Part shown: positions 37,157 through 46,114 of the stretch, one piece after another
Layout of the letters: each line of letters starts with the position of its first letter
How positions within the stretch are numbered: position 1 is the first letter of the stretch
Origin: Mariniphaga sp.
GTDB lineage: Bacteria; Bacteroidota; Bacteroidia; Bacteroidales; Prolixibacteraceae
NCBI GenBank assembly: GCA_028702595.1
Contig: JAQVON010000007.1
Coordinates: forward strand, 9,425-73,424
Length of the DNA stretch: 64,000 nucleotides
Reading direction: 5' to 3'
Position numbers and translations under genes: made by a program
Notes under the pieces: generated by a model
What the model was told of the DNA's origin: nothing
What the model saw: only the letters and a program-made list of their open reading frames with translations
Databases searched by the model: none

Positions 37157-37504
37157 CTACTCTCCAAAGAATCCTGTATTGCTTTCTTTATCATCTATTT
37201 CCAGCTCGATACCTTCCACTCCGGTTTTTTTAACCATGCCTTCCTTTGTTTTTATTTGTGATTCAAGCTTTAGGATCAGTTTTTGAGCTTCTCTGTTTTC
37301 CTTTTTCAACTTTCCTGTTCGGGGGTAAAAATAGACCACTGCCAGGATATATCCCAATAATATACAGCCGAGTAGTAAAAGTACCAAAGGAACATTTTCA
37401 ATTTCCCAAAAAAATAGTGTAATGGATATTCCAACTGCATTTTGCAAGGTAAAAATTACGAGCAAAATGGCCAGTATCAAGGCAACGATAATAATGGTAT
37501 GCAT
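37157..37504 (-). CDS. LapA-family (DUF1049) small inner-membrane protein
   Basis: 115 aa with two TM helices (IIIVALILAILLVIFTLQN, LVLLLLGCILLGYILAVVYF) and a charged coiled tail. Confidence 0.6.
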   Translation of the reverse strand: MHTIIIVALILAILLVIFTLQNAVGISITLFFWEIENVPLVLLLLGCILLGYILAVVYFYPRTGKLKKENREAQKLILKLESQIKTKEGMVKKTGVEGIELEIDDKESNTGFFGE

Positions 37505-37572
37505 GGTTTACAACTTTTTATCAAAGATAAAAAAAGTATGCCATATATTTGCCGGTTCGTGATAGAATCTGC

Positions 37573-38916
37573 TTACTTAATGAATTGAAACATTCTTCTC
37601 AGCCTGATTTTTTGGGGCAATGATTTATCTTTATCGAGTGACAACCAGATGAAGCTTGCTTTTCCTACAACATGGTCTTCAGGCACAAAGCCCCAGTAGC
37701 GGGAGTCTGCTGAATTGTGTCTGTTGTCTCCCATCATCCAGTAATAATCCATTTGGAAGGTGTAATCAACGGCAACATCTCCGTTAATATAAATCGTATT
37801 GTTTTTCACTTCCAGCTGGTTGTTTTCATAAACCTGAATAATTCTTTCGTACATGGGCAGGTTCTCAACAGTAAGTGAAACGGTTTGTCCTTTTGCCGGT
37901 ATGGTTAATGGTCCGTAATTATCCACATTCCAGGGGTAATCCTTACTATGGGGGAAGATATGGGGATCCCACTCTCCGGGTTCTTCTTCAAGTTTTTCGA
38001 TATGGGAAACATTGGCAAAGGCCTTCAGGCTTTCAGCACTTGATGCTGTCAGGGGGAAGAGATATCGTTCACTTGAAAAAACTGTCCGGTCATCATTGGC
38101 AATATGAAGCTTGTCAAGTGCTTTCGGATTAATTGAGGTTCCGTTGGTTTGTACCAGGTAATTATACTGCACTCCTTCGAATTTTGGCTGAGGCTGGTCG
38201 TTAACCATCACCTGTCCTTGTTTTATTTCGATTTTGTCTCCCGGGATACCGACACACCGTTTGATATAATTTTCACGTTTATCAACCGGACGGGCTATTA
38301 CTTTTCCAAAATTCCGGGTTTCATTCCACACACGATCACGTCCATAGGTACGTTTCAGCTGGTAGTAACTTTGGTTTTGCATGAGGAGAGCCACTGTATC
38401 ACCTTCAGGAAAATGAAAAACCACAACATCGTTGTTTTTTATGTCGCCAAAACCTTTTAATCGTTTGTATGGACTTTTTATCCATTCAACATATGATTTC
38501 TTTGAGCTGGTCAAAGGCAGTGTGTTATGCACAAAGGGAAATGACAGGGGGGTGTTGGGCGTTTTAGGCCCGTAGGCCACTTTACTCACGAAAAGGTAAT
38601 CGCCAACCAGCAGTGATTTTTCCATCGATGAAGTGGGGATGGTGTATGCTTCAATGAAGAACATCCGGATAAAAGTAGCCGCAATGACTGCAAAAATGAT
38701 GGCATCGATCCATTCCACCAGCTTGGTCTGTTTCCCTCCCGGAGGATCCTTCTTTTTCCAGAAAGCCCAGTGTACTTTTCCGGTAATATAAACATCGAAA
38801 ATAATGATCAGTACAAAAAGCCACCAGAAATTACCCAACCATATTACCCAAAGGGTGTATAGCACAGCTACAACGATAAACTTAAACCACTTGTTGCTCA
38901 GCATATTTTTAAACAT
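37573..38916 (-). CDS. lepB: Signal peptidase I
   Basis: 447 aa with catalytic Ser box PTSSMEKSLLVGD and box E GDNRHNSADSRYWGFVPEDHVVGKA. This is the long Bacteroidota-type form. Confidence 0.9.
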   Translation of the reverse strand: MFKNMLSNKWFKFIVVAVLYTLWVIWLGNFWWLFVLIIIFDVYITGKVHWAFWKKKDPPGGKQTKLVEWIDAIIFAVIAATFIRMFFIEAYTIPTSSMEKSLLVGDYLFVSKVAYGPKTPNTPLSFPFVHNTLPLTSSKKSYVEWIKSPYKRLKGFGDIKNNDVVVFHFPEGDTVALLMQNQSYYQLKRTYGRDRVWNETRNFGKVIARPVDKRENYIKRCVGIPGDKIEIKQGQVMVNDQPQPKFEGVQYNYLVQTNGTSINPKALDKLHIANDDRTVFSSERYLFPLTASSAESLKAFANVSHIEKLEEEPGEWDPHIFPHSKDYPWNVDNYGPLTIPAKGQTVSLTVENLPMYERIIQVYENNQLEVKNNTIYINGDVAVDYTFQMDYYWMMGDNRHNSADSRYWGFVPEDHVVGKASFIWLSLDKDKSLPQKIRLRRMFQFIK

Positions 38917-38926
38917 ATTAACGAAA

Positions 38927-39643
38927 TTAAATTTTTAACATATCCTTCATGCTCAGGATGCCCTGTTTTCCTATACTGTATTCAGCAGCCAGCACTGCTC
39001 CAAGAGCCAGGCCTTTCCGGTTTTTAGCACTATGGGTGATTTCTATATAATCCACTTCTGATTCATATTTTATGGAGTGAATCCCGGGAACATCACCGGT
39101 ACGTTCCGGGGTAATGATCAACTCACCCGGGGATGCATTTTCGCTTATCGTCCACGCTTCCAGACCAGGTAAGATACTGATTATGTCTTCAGCCAGACTG
39201 ATTGCAGTTCCACTGGGAGCATCCAGCTTTTTGGTGTGATGTACTTCTGTCATGGCCGGTTTGTATTCAGCACGTGGCGCCATCAGATGTGCCAGGGCTT
39301 TGTTTAATTCAAAAAATAAATTGACTCCCAGGGAGAAATTACTGCTGTAGAAAAAAGTGCCATTCATTTCTTCACACCTTTTGTAAACCTCCTCAAAGCG
39401 CTCCAGCCATCCAGTGGTTCCACTTACTACAGGGATACCCGCTTCAAAACACTTGAAGTAATTTTCTACAGCAGAAACTGGCCTGGTAAATTCAATGGCA
39501 ACATCACATGTTGTCAGATTTTGAACTGTTAAGTCACCCGGATTCTCAATGTCAATGATAAGTTGAATCTTATGGCCCCGGGAAAGGGCTATCTTTTCAA
39601 TCTCTTTTCCCATTTTCCCGAATCCAATCAGAGCTAATTTCAT
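38927..39643 (-). CDS. dapB: 4-hydroxy-tetrahydrodipicolinate reductase
   Basis: 238 aa with the DapB signature EVHHTKKLDAPSGTA. Confidence 0.9.
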   Translation of the reverse strand: MKLALIGFGKMGKEIEKIALSRGHKIQLIIDIENPGDLTVQNLTTCDVAIEFTRPVSAVENYFKCFEAGIPVVSGTTGWLERFEEVYKRCEEMNGTFFYSSNFSLGVNLFFELNKALAHLMAPRAEYKPAMTEVHHTKKLDAPSGTAISLAEDIISILPGLEAWTISENASPGELIITPERTGDVPGIHSIKYESEVDYIEITHSAKNRKGLALGAVLAAEYSIGKQGILSMKDMLKI

Positions 39644-39718
39644 TGTTTTTGTTTTTTGTTTTTAATTAACGACAAAGATAACAGTTTAGTCAAACTGAAA
39701 AACATTATTTTTGGCCTC

Positions 39719-40558
39719 ATGAGCACGAACAACATAAAACTTGTGGCAACCGACCTCGATGGTACCTTTTTGAAAAATGACCGTACCATTAGTCCTGGAA
39801 ATTTGAAGGCATTACAACTTCTCGGCATGAAACAGATCGTCAGGGTGGTTGCCACCGGCAGAAATTTACGGAAGGTGACCGAAGTAATCCCCCGTGAAGT
39901 GCCTTTCGACTATATTGTTTATTCTTCCGGTGCAGGTATTTTTAACTGGCAAAAACAGATGCATATTTTTCAACAGAATATGGATGTTAAAGCAGTGAAT
40001 GTGCTGCTTACCCACTTCATGAAAAAGAAATACAGTTTTTGTGCATTTGCGGCTGCTCCGGAAAATCATAGCCTTTGGTATTTTAAAGGGAAAAAAGAGT
40101 GCGATGAGTTTAACCGTTATTTAAAATCCCATCAAAACGACGTTGAACCTCTTACCCAGCAGGTGATTATAGAAAATCAAATTTGCCAGTTCCTGCTGAT
40201 CATCCCGGAAGATGATATTGTTTTTGAGCAACTGAAGATGGAAATAGAAAGCCAATGTGAAGAAATCAGGGTCATTCGCTCATCGTCACCGGTAACAAAA
40301 GGTTATATCTGGCTTGAGGTTTTTCACCGGAATGTATCCAAAGGCCATGGTGTGAGGCATATCTGTGAGATGTTGAGTATCCACCAGGATCAGACTTTCG
40401 GTATCGGCAATGATTATAATGATCTTGACCTGCTTCATTATACAGCACATTCTTTTTTAACGGCAAACGCACCAACTTCTATAAAAAGCAGATTTATCCC
40501 CCTTCCTTCCAATGAAAATGATGCTTTTGCCCATGCTGTTCAAACTTTATTCACATAA
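39719..40558 (+). CDS. HAD-IIB (Cof-type) phosphatase
   Basis: The ORF track starts at 39656. I prefer ATG 39719, which gives MSTNNIKLVATDLDGTFL with the DxDGT motif I. GIGNDYNDLDLL is motif IV. Confidence 0.8.
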   Translation: MSTNNIKLVATDLDGTFLKNDRTISPGNLKALQLLGMKQIVRVVATGRNLRKVTEVIPREVPFDYIVYSSGAGIFNWQKQMHIFQQNMDVKAVNVLLTHFMKKKYSFCAFAAAPENHSLWYFKGKKECDEFNRYLKSHQNDVEPLTQQVIIENQICQFLLIIPEDDIVFEQLKMEIESQCEEIRVIRSSSPVTKGYIWLEVFHRNVSKGHGVRHICEMLSIHQDQTFGIGNDYNDLDLLHYTAHSFLTANAPTSIKSRFIPLPSNENDAFAHAVQTLFT

Positions 40559-40571
40559 ATTAAGGGATTCA

Positions 40572-40604
40572 TTTGTTGAAAATGAATCCTATTCTTTATT
40601 TTTG
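40572..40604 (+). promoter_or_regulatory. Candidate Bacteroidota-type promoter for the M16 peptidase gene
   Basis: TTTG is at 40572-40575. After a 21-nt spacer, TATTTTTG (TAnnTTTG consensus) is at 40597-40604, 20 nt upstream of the ATG at 40624. Confidence 0.4.
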
Positions 40605-40623
40605 AACCTTAATATTTGAAATC

Positions 40624-43425
40624 ATGAGGAATATAATTTTTGTATTTTTATCTTTTTGTTTTTTTCTTTCAAATGGTCAACAACCTTTTGATGTGAATGA
40701 TCCTGTTCCCCTTGATCCTAAAGTTTCTAAGGGAGTTTTGCCCAATGGAATGACCTATTATGTGCGGGCAAACCATGAACCCCAAAACAGGGCGGAGTTG
40801 TTTCTGGCTGTAAGGGCAGGTTCTATCGATGAAGACAATGATCAAAAGGGTCTGGCTCATTTTGCCGAACATATGGCATTTAACGGCACAAAAAATTTTC
40901 CAAAAAATGAACTGATTAAATATTTTGAATCGATCGGGATGGAGTTTGGACCAGAGATCAATGCGTATACCAGTTTTGACGAGACTGTTTATATGCTCAA
41001 AGTGCCACTGGATTCAGCACTGTATCTGGAAAAAGGATTGCAGGTGTTATACGATTGGGCTAGTCAGATAACCGACTCGGACGAGGAAATTGAAAAGGAA
41101 CGTGGCGTCATCCGGGAAGAGTGGCGTGGTGGTCGCAACGCAAATTTTCGGATGCAGCAGAAATGGCTGCCGGTATTCCTGCACGATTCAAAATATGCTG
41201 ACAGACTTCCCATTGGTGATATTGATATTGTGGAAAATGCACCACCGGAAGCATTGCGGCGATTCCGCAACGACTGGTACCGTCCCGATTTGATGGCAGT
41301 TATTGTGGTAGGTGATTTCGATCAACAGGAAATGGAAGGAATAGTGAAACAGAAGTTTGCACAGATTCCTGCCCCGCAAAAAGTGCGGGAAAAAGCATTC
41401 CATGAAATTCCTCCCCATGAGGAAACCCTCGTGAGTATTGTTACCGACAAGGAAGCTCAGTATCCTGTTGCGTTTGTTTTTTGCAAACATCCTCTGGAAA
41501 AAACCAAAACTCTTGGTGATTACCGTGAATCTATTATGCATAACCTGTATAATACTATGATCAATAACCGGTTGGCTGAGAAAACACAACTGGCTGATCC
41601 CCCCTTTATTGTGGGACAGTCTTCTTTTTCTGAGATGTTTGGCCCGATTAGCGTCTATCAGTCAGCAGCTGTTTGCCACAATGGCAAAATTGAAGAAGGC
41701 CTGGAAGCCGTATTGCTGGAAAATGAACGGGTGAAAAAATTCGGATTCACCGAAACTGAACTGGAACGGCAAAAGAAAGCATTGATGAATACCTTGGAAA
41801 AGGCTTATAACGAGCGAGATAAGCAAAAGTCAATACAATTTGCAGAAGAATATAAACGGAATTTCCTGATGACTGAAGAACCAGCTCCGGGAATTGAAAA
41901 TGAGTTTGAATACTTCAAAACTTTCCTGCCTGATATTTCTCTGGAAGAAGTGAATCAGCTGGCTGAGAAATGGATTACGGAGGAGAACCGGGTCATTGTA
42001 ATCAATGCTCCGGAAATGGAAGACATGAAAATCCCCGGCAAGGAGGAGATCCTCAGTTTGCTCGACAGGGTAGGGAAGACAGAGATTGAGCCATACGTGG
42101 ATGCTGTTTCTGACACTCCGTTAATAACAGATGAACCCTGGCCTGGTTCTGTTGTCAAAGAAAAAATACTGACTCAGGTGGATGCCATAGAGTGGGAGTT
42201 GCAGAATGGGGCAAAAGTGGTCTTTAAATCCACCAGCTTTAAGGACGATGAAATTTTATTCAGCGCCTGGAGCCCCGGAGGTACTTCACTTTACGAAACC
42301 AGTGATGATGTCTCAGCTAACTTTGCCGCAACCATCATGGCTATGAGCGGAATTGCCGGATTCGACAAGATCACACTCGACAAGATGATGTCGGATAAAG
42401 TGTTCAACCTGTCGCTCTCAATTTCTGAACTGCGGGAAGGATTTAGCGGAAACTCTTCGGTGAATGATCTGGAAACCCTCCTGCAAATGGTCTATTTGTA
42501 TTTTACGCAACCCCGGTTTGATGAAACCAGTTTCCAGGCATATATGTCGCGCATGACAGGAATTCTGCAAAACAGGGCAGCGTCACCCGAAGCAGCTTTC
42601 CAGGATACCCTGAACGCCGTATTGGCTAACTACCATGACCGGGCAAGACCTATGTCAGCTGAATTGCTGGCAGAAGCTGATTTTCAGCGTATCCGTGAAA
42701 TTGGTGAGGAACGCTTTCGAAATGCCGCCGACTTTCAGTTCTTTTTTGTGGGTAATATCGATACGACTACCCTGCGACCTCTGGTTGAAAAATATATCGG
42801 GGGAATACCTTACCTCGATGAAACAGAAAAATGGCGAAACCTTGAAATTGACCCGCCTGCCGGTGTTGTGGAAAAAACTGTCAAAATGGGACAGGAAAAT
42901 AAAAGCTTGCAAAGCCTGGTGTTCCATGGCGATTTTGAGTACTCAGCAGAAAAGGCCGTGGAGCTCGATGCTGTGGGCAGAATCCTGTCAACCCGGCTGC
43001 TGGAAGTGATCAGGGAAGATAAGAGCAGTGTTTATAGTATTGGAGCCAGACCTTCCTCTTCCAAATACCCCGACGGGGAATATGCCATTTCTATTTCTTA
43101 TGGTACCGATCCCCAAATACTGCAGGAACTGAAAGATGCTGTGTTTGCCGAAATCAGAGATTTTGTCAACAACGGACCTCTTGAAGAAGAACTGGCCAAA
43201 GCAAAAGAAAAAATGTTGCGGGAAAGGGAAGTGTCGCTGCGAGAAAATAACTTCTGGCTCAATATTTTAAGTAATACTTACTATGTGAAAGATGGTGACT
43301 TTTCAACATTCGGCACGTACAACGATATAGTCAATAACCTGTCGGTGAAATCGATCCAGGATGCTTTCAGAGAATATTTCGATTTTAATCATTTCGTGAG
43401 CGTGGCTCTGAAACCTGCTGATTAG
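40624..43425 (+). CDS. M16 family zinc metallopeptidase (insulinase/pitrilysin-like, double M16 module)
   Basis: 933 aa with a signal peptide. It has the inverted zinc motif HFAEH (GLAHFAEHMAFNGT) and a second inactive M16 half. Confidence 0.9.
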   Translation: MRNIIFVFLSFCFFLSNGQQPFDVNDPVPLDPKVSKGVLPNGMTYYVRANHEPQNRAELFLAVRAGSIDEDNDQKGLAHFAEHMAFNGTKNFPKNELIKYFESIGMEFGPEINAYTSFDETVYMLKVPLDSALYLEKGLQVLYDWASQITDSDEEIEKERGVIREEWRGGRNANFRMQQKWLPVFLHDSKYADRLPIGDIDIVENAPPEALRRFRNDWYRPDLMAVIVVGDFDQQEMEGIVKQKFAQIPAPQKVREKAFHEIPPHEETLVSIVTDKEAQYPVAFVFCKHPLEKTKTLGDYRESIMHNLYNTMINNRLAEKTQLADPPFIVGQSSFSEMFGPISVYQSAAVCHNGKIEEGLEAVLLENERVKKFGFTETELERQKKALMNTLEKAYNERDKQKSIQFAEEYKRNFLMTEEPAPGIENEFEYFKTFLPDISLEEVNQLAEKWITEENRVIVINAPEMEDMKIPGKEEILSLLDRVGKTEIEPYVDAVSDTPLITDEPWPGSVVKEKILTQVDAIEWELQNGAKVVFKSTSFKDDEILFSAWSPGGTSLYETSDDVSANFAATIMAMSGIAGFDKITLDKMMSDKVFNLSLSISELREGFSGNSSVNDLETLLQMVYLYFTQPRFDETSFQAYMSRMTGILQNRAASPEAAFQDTLNAVLANYHDRARPMSAELLAEADFQRIREIGEERFRNAADFQFFFVGNIDTTTLRPLVEKYIGGIPYLDETEKWRNLEIDPPAGVVEKTVKMGQENKSLQSLVFHGDFEYSAEKAVELDAVGRILSTRLLEVIREDKSSVYSIGARPSSSKYPDGEYAISISYGTDPQILQELKDAVFAEIRDFVNNGPLEEELAKAKEKMLREREVSLRENNFWLNILSNTYYVKDGDFSTFGTYNDIVNNLSVKSIQDAFREYFDFNHFVSVALKPAD

Positions 43426-43522
43426 GGGAAGTCGAATTTTTAAGAGTACTCTGTTCTCATCTGACTGATGATTCGTCATTAACTTGAAAATAATAATTGT
43501 GAAAAATTTCACTCCAGCAACT

Positions 43523-44110
43523 ATGGCCATTCGTGTGGTCGTTTATGCTCTACTTGTTTTTGGAATTGCTGAAGCCATCCGTTTTGATGCCTTGTATCCT
43601 ATGGAAGAAGGGTATTATGGGGAGATTAGCCGGACAGAGATCTCACAGGAAGTTATCCTTTTTTTTCTTTTTTTGTTTTACCTGGCACTGGGATACCGGT
43701 ACCGACCTGTACAACCCCTGTCCAACCTGGTTTCTCTTTTCTTTCTGATTTCCTTTATTCGTGAGTTCAACTTTTTAATCGACTGGTGGGTGTATCCTGC
43801 CTTGATGGTACTTGCTGTTTTTGTCTGGCTGATGATCCGTGACTTCAGAAAGCTGAAAGATGCTACCCGGGAGTTTTTTTCACAACCGGCTTCTGCATGG
43901 CTTTTATCCGGTTTCCTGATCACGTACATCTTTAGCCGGCTGATGGGGCGATCAAAATTTTGGCTGTTGTTGTACGATGAGGATATTTACCGGATAGCGA
44001 AAGCAGCTACAGAAGAAGGGCTGGAGCTTTTGGGCGATACTATCTTATTCATTTCGGCAGTGGAGTTTTTTATCGTGTTCTGGAATCGTAAAAATAGATT
44101 GTCCCCATGA
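43523..44110 (+). CDS. Hypothetical polytopic membrane protein
   Basis: The ORF opens at TTG 43484, and the first ATG is 43523 (MAIRVVVYALLVFG). It has about 5 hydrophobic helices. Its stop overlaps the next gene's start (ATGA at 44107-44110). No recognisable motif. Confidence 0.5.
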   Translation: MAIRVVVYALLVFGIAEAIRFDALYPMEEGYYGEISRTEISQEVILFFLFLFYLALGYRYRPVQPLSNLVSLFFLISFIREFNFLIDWWVYPALMVLAVFVWLMIRDFRKLKDATREFFSQPASAWLLSGFLITYIFSRLMGRSKFWLLLYDEDIYRIAKAATEEGLELLGDTILFISAVEFFIVFWNRKNRLSP

Positions 44111-44988
44111 AAGTTTGCGGTTTTACATTTATCAGAAATGCCGAAAAATTTGATTTCCCTGTTGTTGAAGCCATCACTTCCATTTTGCCGGTATGCGACC
44201 ATTTTATTGTGGCAGTTGGAAACTCCGACGACCAAACCCGGGAGATCATTGAACGCATCGATCCGGAAAAAATTTCTATCGTGGATACAGTATGGAACGA
44301 AAAGCTGCAAAAGGGAGGTGTAGTTTATGCCGTGGAAACCGATAAGGCATTTGATGCCATTCCTGACGGTTTCGACTGGTGTTTTTATATCCAGGGCGAT
44401 GAAGTGGTTCACGAAAAATACCTCCCTGCTATCCAACAGGCTATGTCCGATCAGGTGGATAACAAGAAGGTGGAAGGATTTCTTTTCGGATTCAGGCATT
44501 TTTTTGGAACATACGATTATGTGGGTGATTCCAGGAAATGGTACCGCCACGAAATACGGATTATCCGCCACGATAAAGCAATACGTTCATACCGCGATGC
44601 CCAGGGATTCAGAAAACAGGGAAGAAAGTTGAATGTAGTTCCTGTGACAGCCGAGGTTTATCACTACGGTTGGGTCCGACCTCCCCGGTTTATGCAGGAG
44701 AAAATCGATGAGGTACACAAGTTTTATCAGGGAGATAACCCAATCACGAAAAAAAAAGATCCCGGAGAATCGGAGTTTGATTATCAGGGAAATTACGATG
44801 CCCTGGCAAAATTTGAGGGAACCCATCCCCGTGTCATGCACCACCGAATAAAACGACTGAACTGGAAAGTTGAAGTCGACCTGAAGCGAATAAAAATGAA
44901 ACCAAAATACCGGTTGCTTTATGCTATTGAAAAAAAAATTGGAATCCGGCTTTTTGAATACCGAAACTACAGCGTTTTAAAAAAATGA
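44107..44988 (+). CDS. Glycosyltransferase family 2-like protein
   Basis: 293 aa. The N-terminal region CGFTFIRNAEKFDFPVVEAITSILPVCDHFIVAVGNSDD and an acidic QGDE motif are GT-A-fold-like. Confidence 0.6.
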   Translation: MKVCGFTFIRNAEKFDFPVVEAITSILPVCDHFIVAVGNSDDQTREIIERIDPEKISIVDTVWNEKLQKGGVVYAVETDKAFDAIPDGFDWCFYIQGDEVVHEKYLPAIQQAMSDQVDNKKVEGFLFGFRHFFGTYDYVGDSRKWYRHEIRIIRHDKAIRSYRDAQGFRKQGRKLNVVPVTAEVYHYGWVRPPRFMQEKIDEVHKFYQGDNPITKKKDPGESEFDYQGNYDALAKFEGTHPRVMHHRIKRLNWKVEVDLKRIKMKPKYRLLYAIEKKIGIRLFEYRNYSVLKK

Positions 44989-44996
44989 TACCCCTG

Positions 44997-45089
44997 TTAA
45001 TTTTTCCGGCCGGTCTTCCAGTACTTGAAAATCAGAAAAATAACAAATACCGCGATCAGAACGTATATGAGTAATTTAGTTTGTTGCAT
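44997..45089 (-). CDS. Possible 30-aa single-TM small protein
   Basis: The sequence is MQQTKLLIYVLIAVFVIFLIFKYWKTGRKN. Its ATG begins 1 nt after the TAG stop of the NlpC/P60 gene (TAGcATG). It has a hydrophobic core plus a basic tail. No other support. Confidence 0.25.
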   Translation of the reverse strand: MQQTKLLIYVLIAVFVIFLIFKYWKTGRKN

Positions 45090-45090
45090 G

Positions 45091-45879
45091 CTAATTGATT
45101 ATTCTTTTTATTACACGTAATTTGTGGGTATAACGTTTCATGTCGAGGTTAAAAATGCCAAACTGATCCACGTTATCGATGCGTACTTTTCCGGATGCAT
45201 GAATAATTTTATTTCTTTTCCAGATGATGCCCACATGTATGATATTGCCCTCATCGTCATCAAAAAAGGCGAGGTCGCCGGGTGCCGATTCGTCCACAAA
45301 GCTCAAAGGAGTACCTGTTTTTACCTGTTGACTGGCGTCCCGGGGCAGAGGTATACCAATCATTTTGTAGAGTATTTGAGTCAGACCGCTGCAATCAATT
45401 CCCAGGGGCGAACGTCCTCCCCAAAGATAAGGGGCATTAAAATATTTCAGTGCCTGCTGAATAATGATCTCACGTGGATTTTTGAGTTTCCCGTAAAAAA
45501 CCTCTCCGGTTGATTTATACGTCTCCTGGTTCACCGTAAACTCTTTGAGGTACGGCCTCCAAATGGGCAGGGTGCTACCTGCTACCAACATCAAATGTTG
45601 TTGTTCGGAATTTACCGCGATCAGACTAATAATATCGCTTGTTACTGCAAAAGGCTTGTTGTTTAGCTTGTTCAATGTACGAAGATTGACCGGTGTAACC
45701 ATTTTGCCATCAACCCAACCCTGATACCCATCCCAGAATAGTTTAACCATACTCCATCCCACCATCTGCTCCAGAATTTCAAAATGCTCACCAAATAAAA
45801 TTTGTGTGATCATCTCACTCTTTTCAGAAGGATCTTTTCTTACCGGGATTAAACTTAGTTCTGAAATGCCGTAGTTCAT
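45091..45879 (-). CDS. NlpC/P60 (C40) family peptidoglycan peptidase with N-terminal SH3-like domains
   Basis: 262 aa with catalytic Cys in GIDCSGLTQILY and His in IIHVGII, preceded by SH3b-like repeats. Confidence 0.85.
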   Translation of the reverse strand: MNYGISELSLIPVRKDPSEKSEMITQILFGEHFEILEQMVGWSMVKLFWDGYQGWVDGKMVTPVNLRTLNKLNNKPFAVTSDIISLIAVNSEQQHLMLVAGSTLPIWRPYLKEFTVNQETYKSTGEVFYGKLKNPREIIIQQALKYFNAPYLWGGRSPLGIDCSGLTQILYKMIGIPLPRDASQQVKTGTPLSFVDESAPGDLAFFDDDEGNIIHVGIIWKRNKIIHASGKVRIDNVDQFGIFNLDMKRYTHKLRVIKRIIN

Positions 45880-46114
45880 TTGAATAATGATTACATGTGA
45901 TAAAATAGATTAATTTTTTCAATTTATGAAGTGGGCAAGTTAGAATTTCTTAATTTTATTTCGAAAAATTTTTATCCATCTGCTCACGCATGAATAAACG
46001 CAAATCTATAAAAAAAACGCTGCCTGGTAAACAGGATGAATTATTATTTGTAATATACATGGATAGAAAAACATTCCTGCCTGAAACAGATTATTAATTT
46101 TAATATACAGTACA

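Noticed and set aside
39640-39855. A 71-aa minus-strand ORF spans the dapB/HAD divergent region.
   Set aside because: It overlaps the HAD phosphatase coding region antisense and has no motif. The real dapB start at 39643 is well supported.
40981-40990. GAGACTGTTT, matching the first 10 nt of the MITE terminus, lies inside the M16 peptidase gene.
   Set aside because: It encodes D-E-T-V-Y in an intact conserved CDS. There is no matching right end, no further similarity to the element, and no flanking duplication. It is a chance match.
45990-46097. A 35-codon ORF (MNKRKSIKKTLPGKQDELLFVIYMDRKTFLPETDY) lies upstream of the PgpH-like gene.
   Set aside because: It has no hydrophobic or structured character, no coupling to neighbours and no promoter evidence. 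It is indistinguishable from chance in AT-rich DNA.
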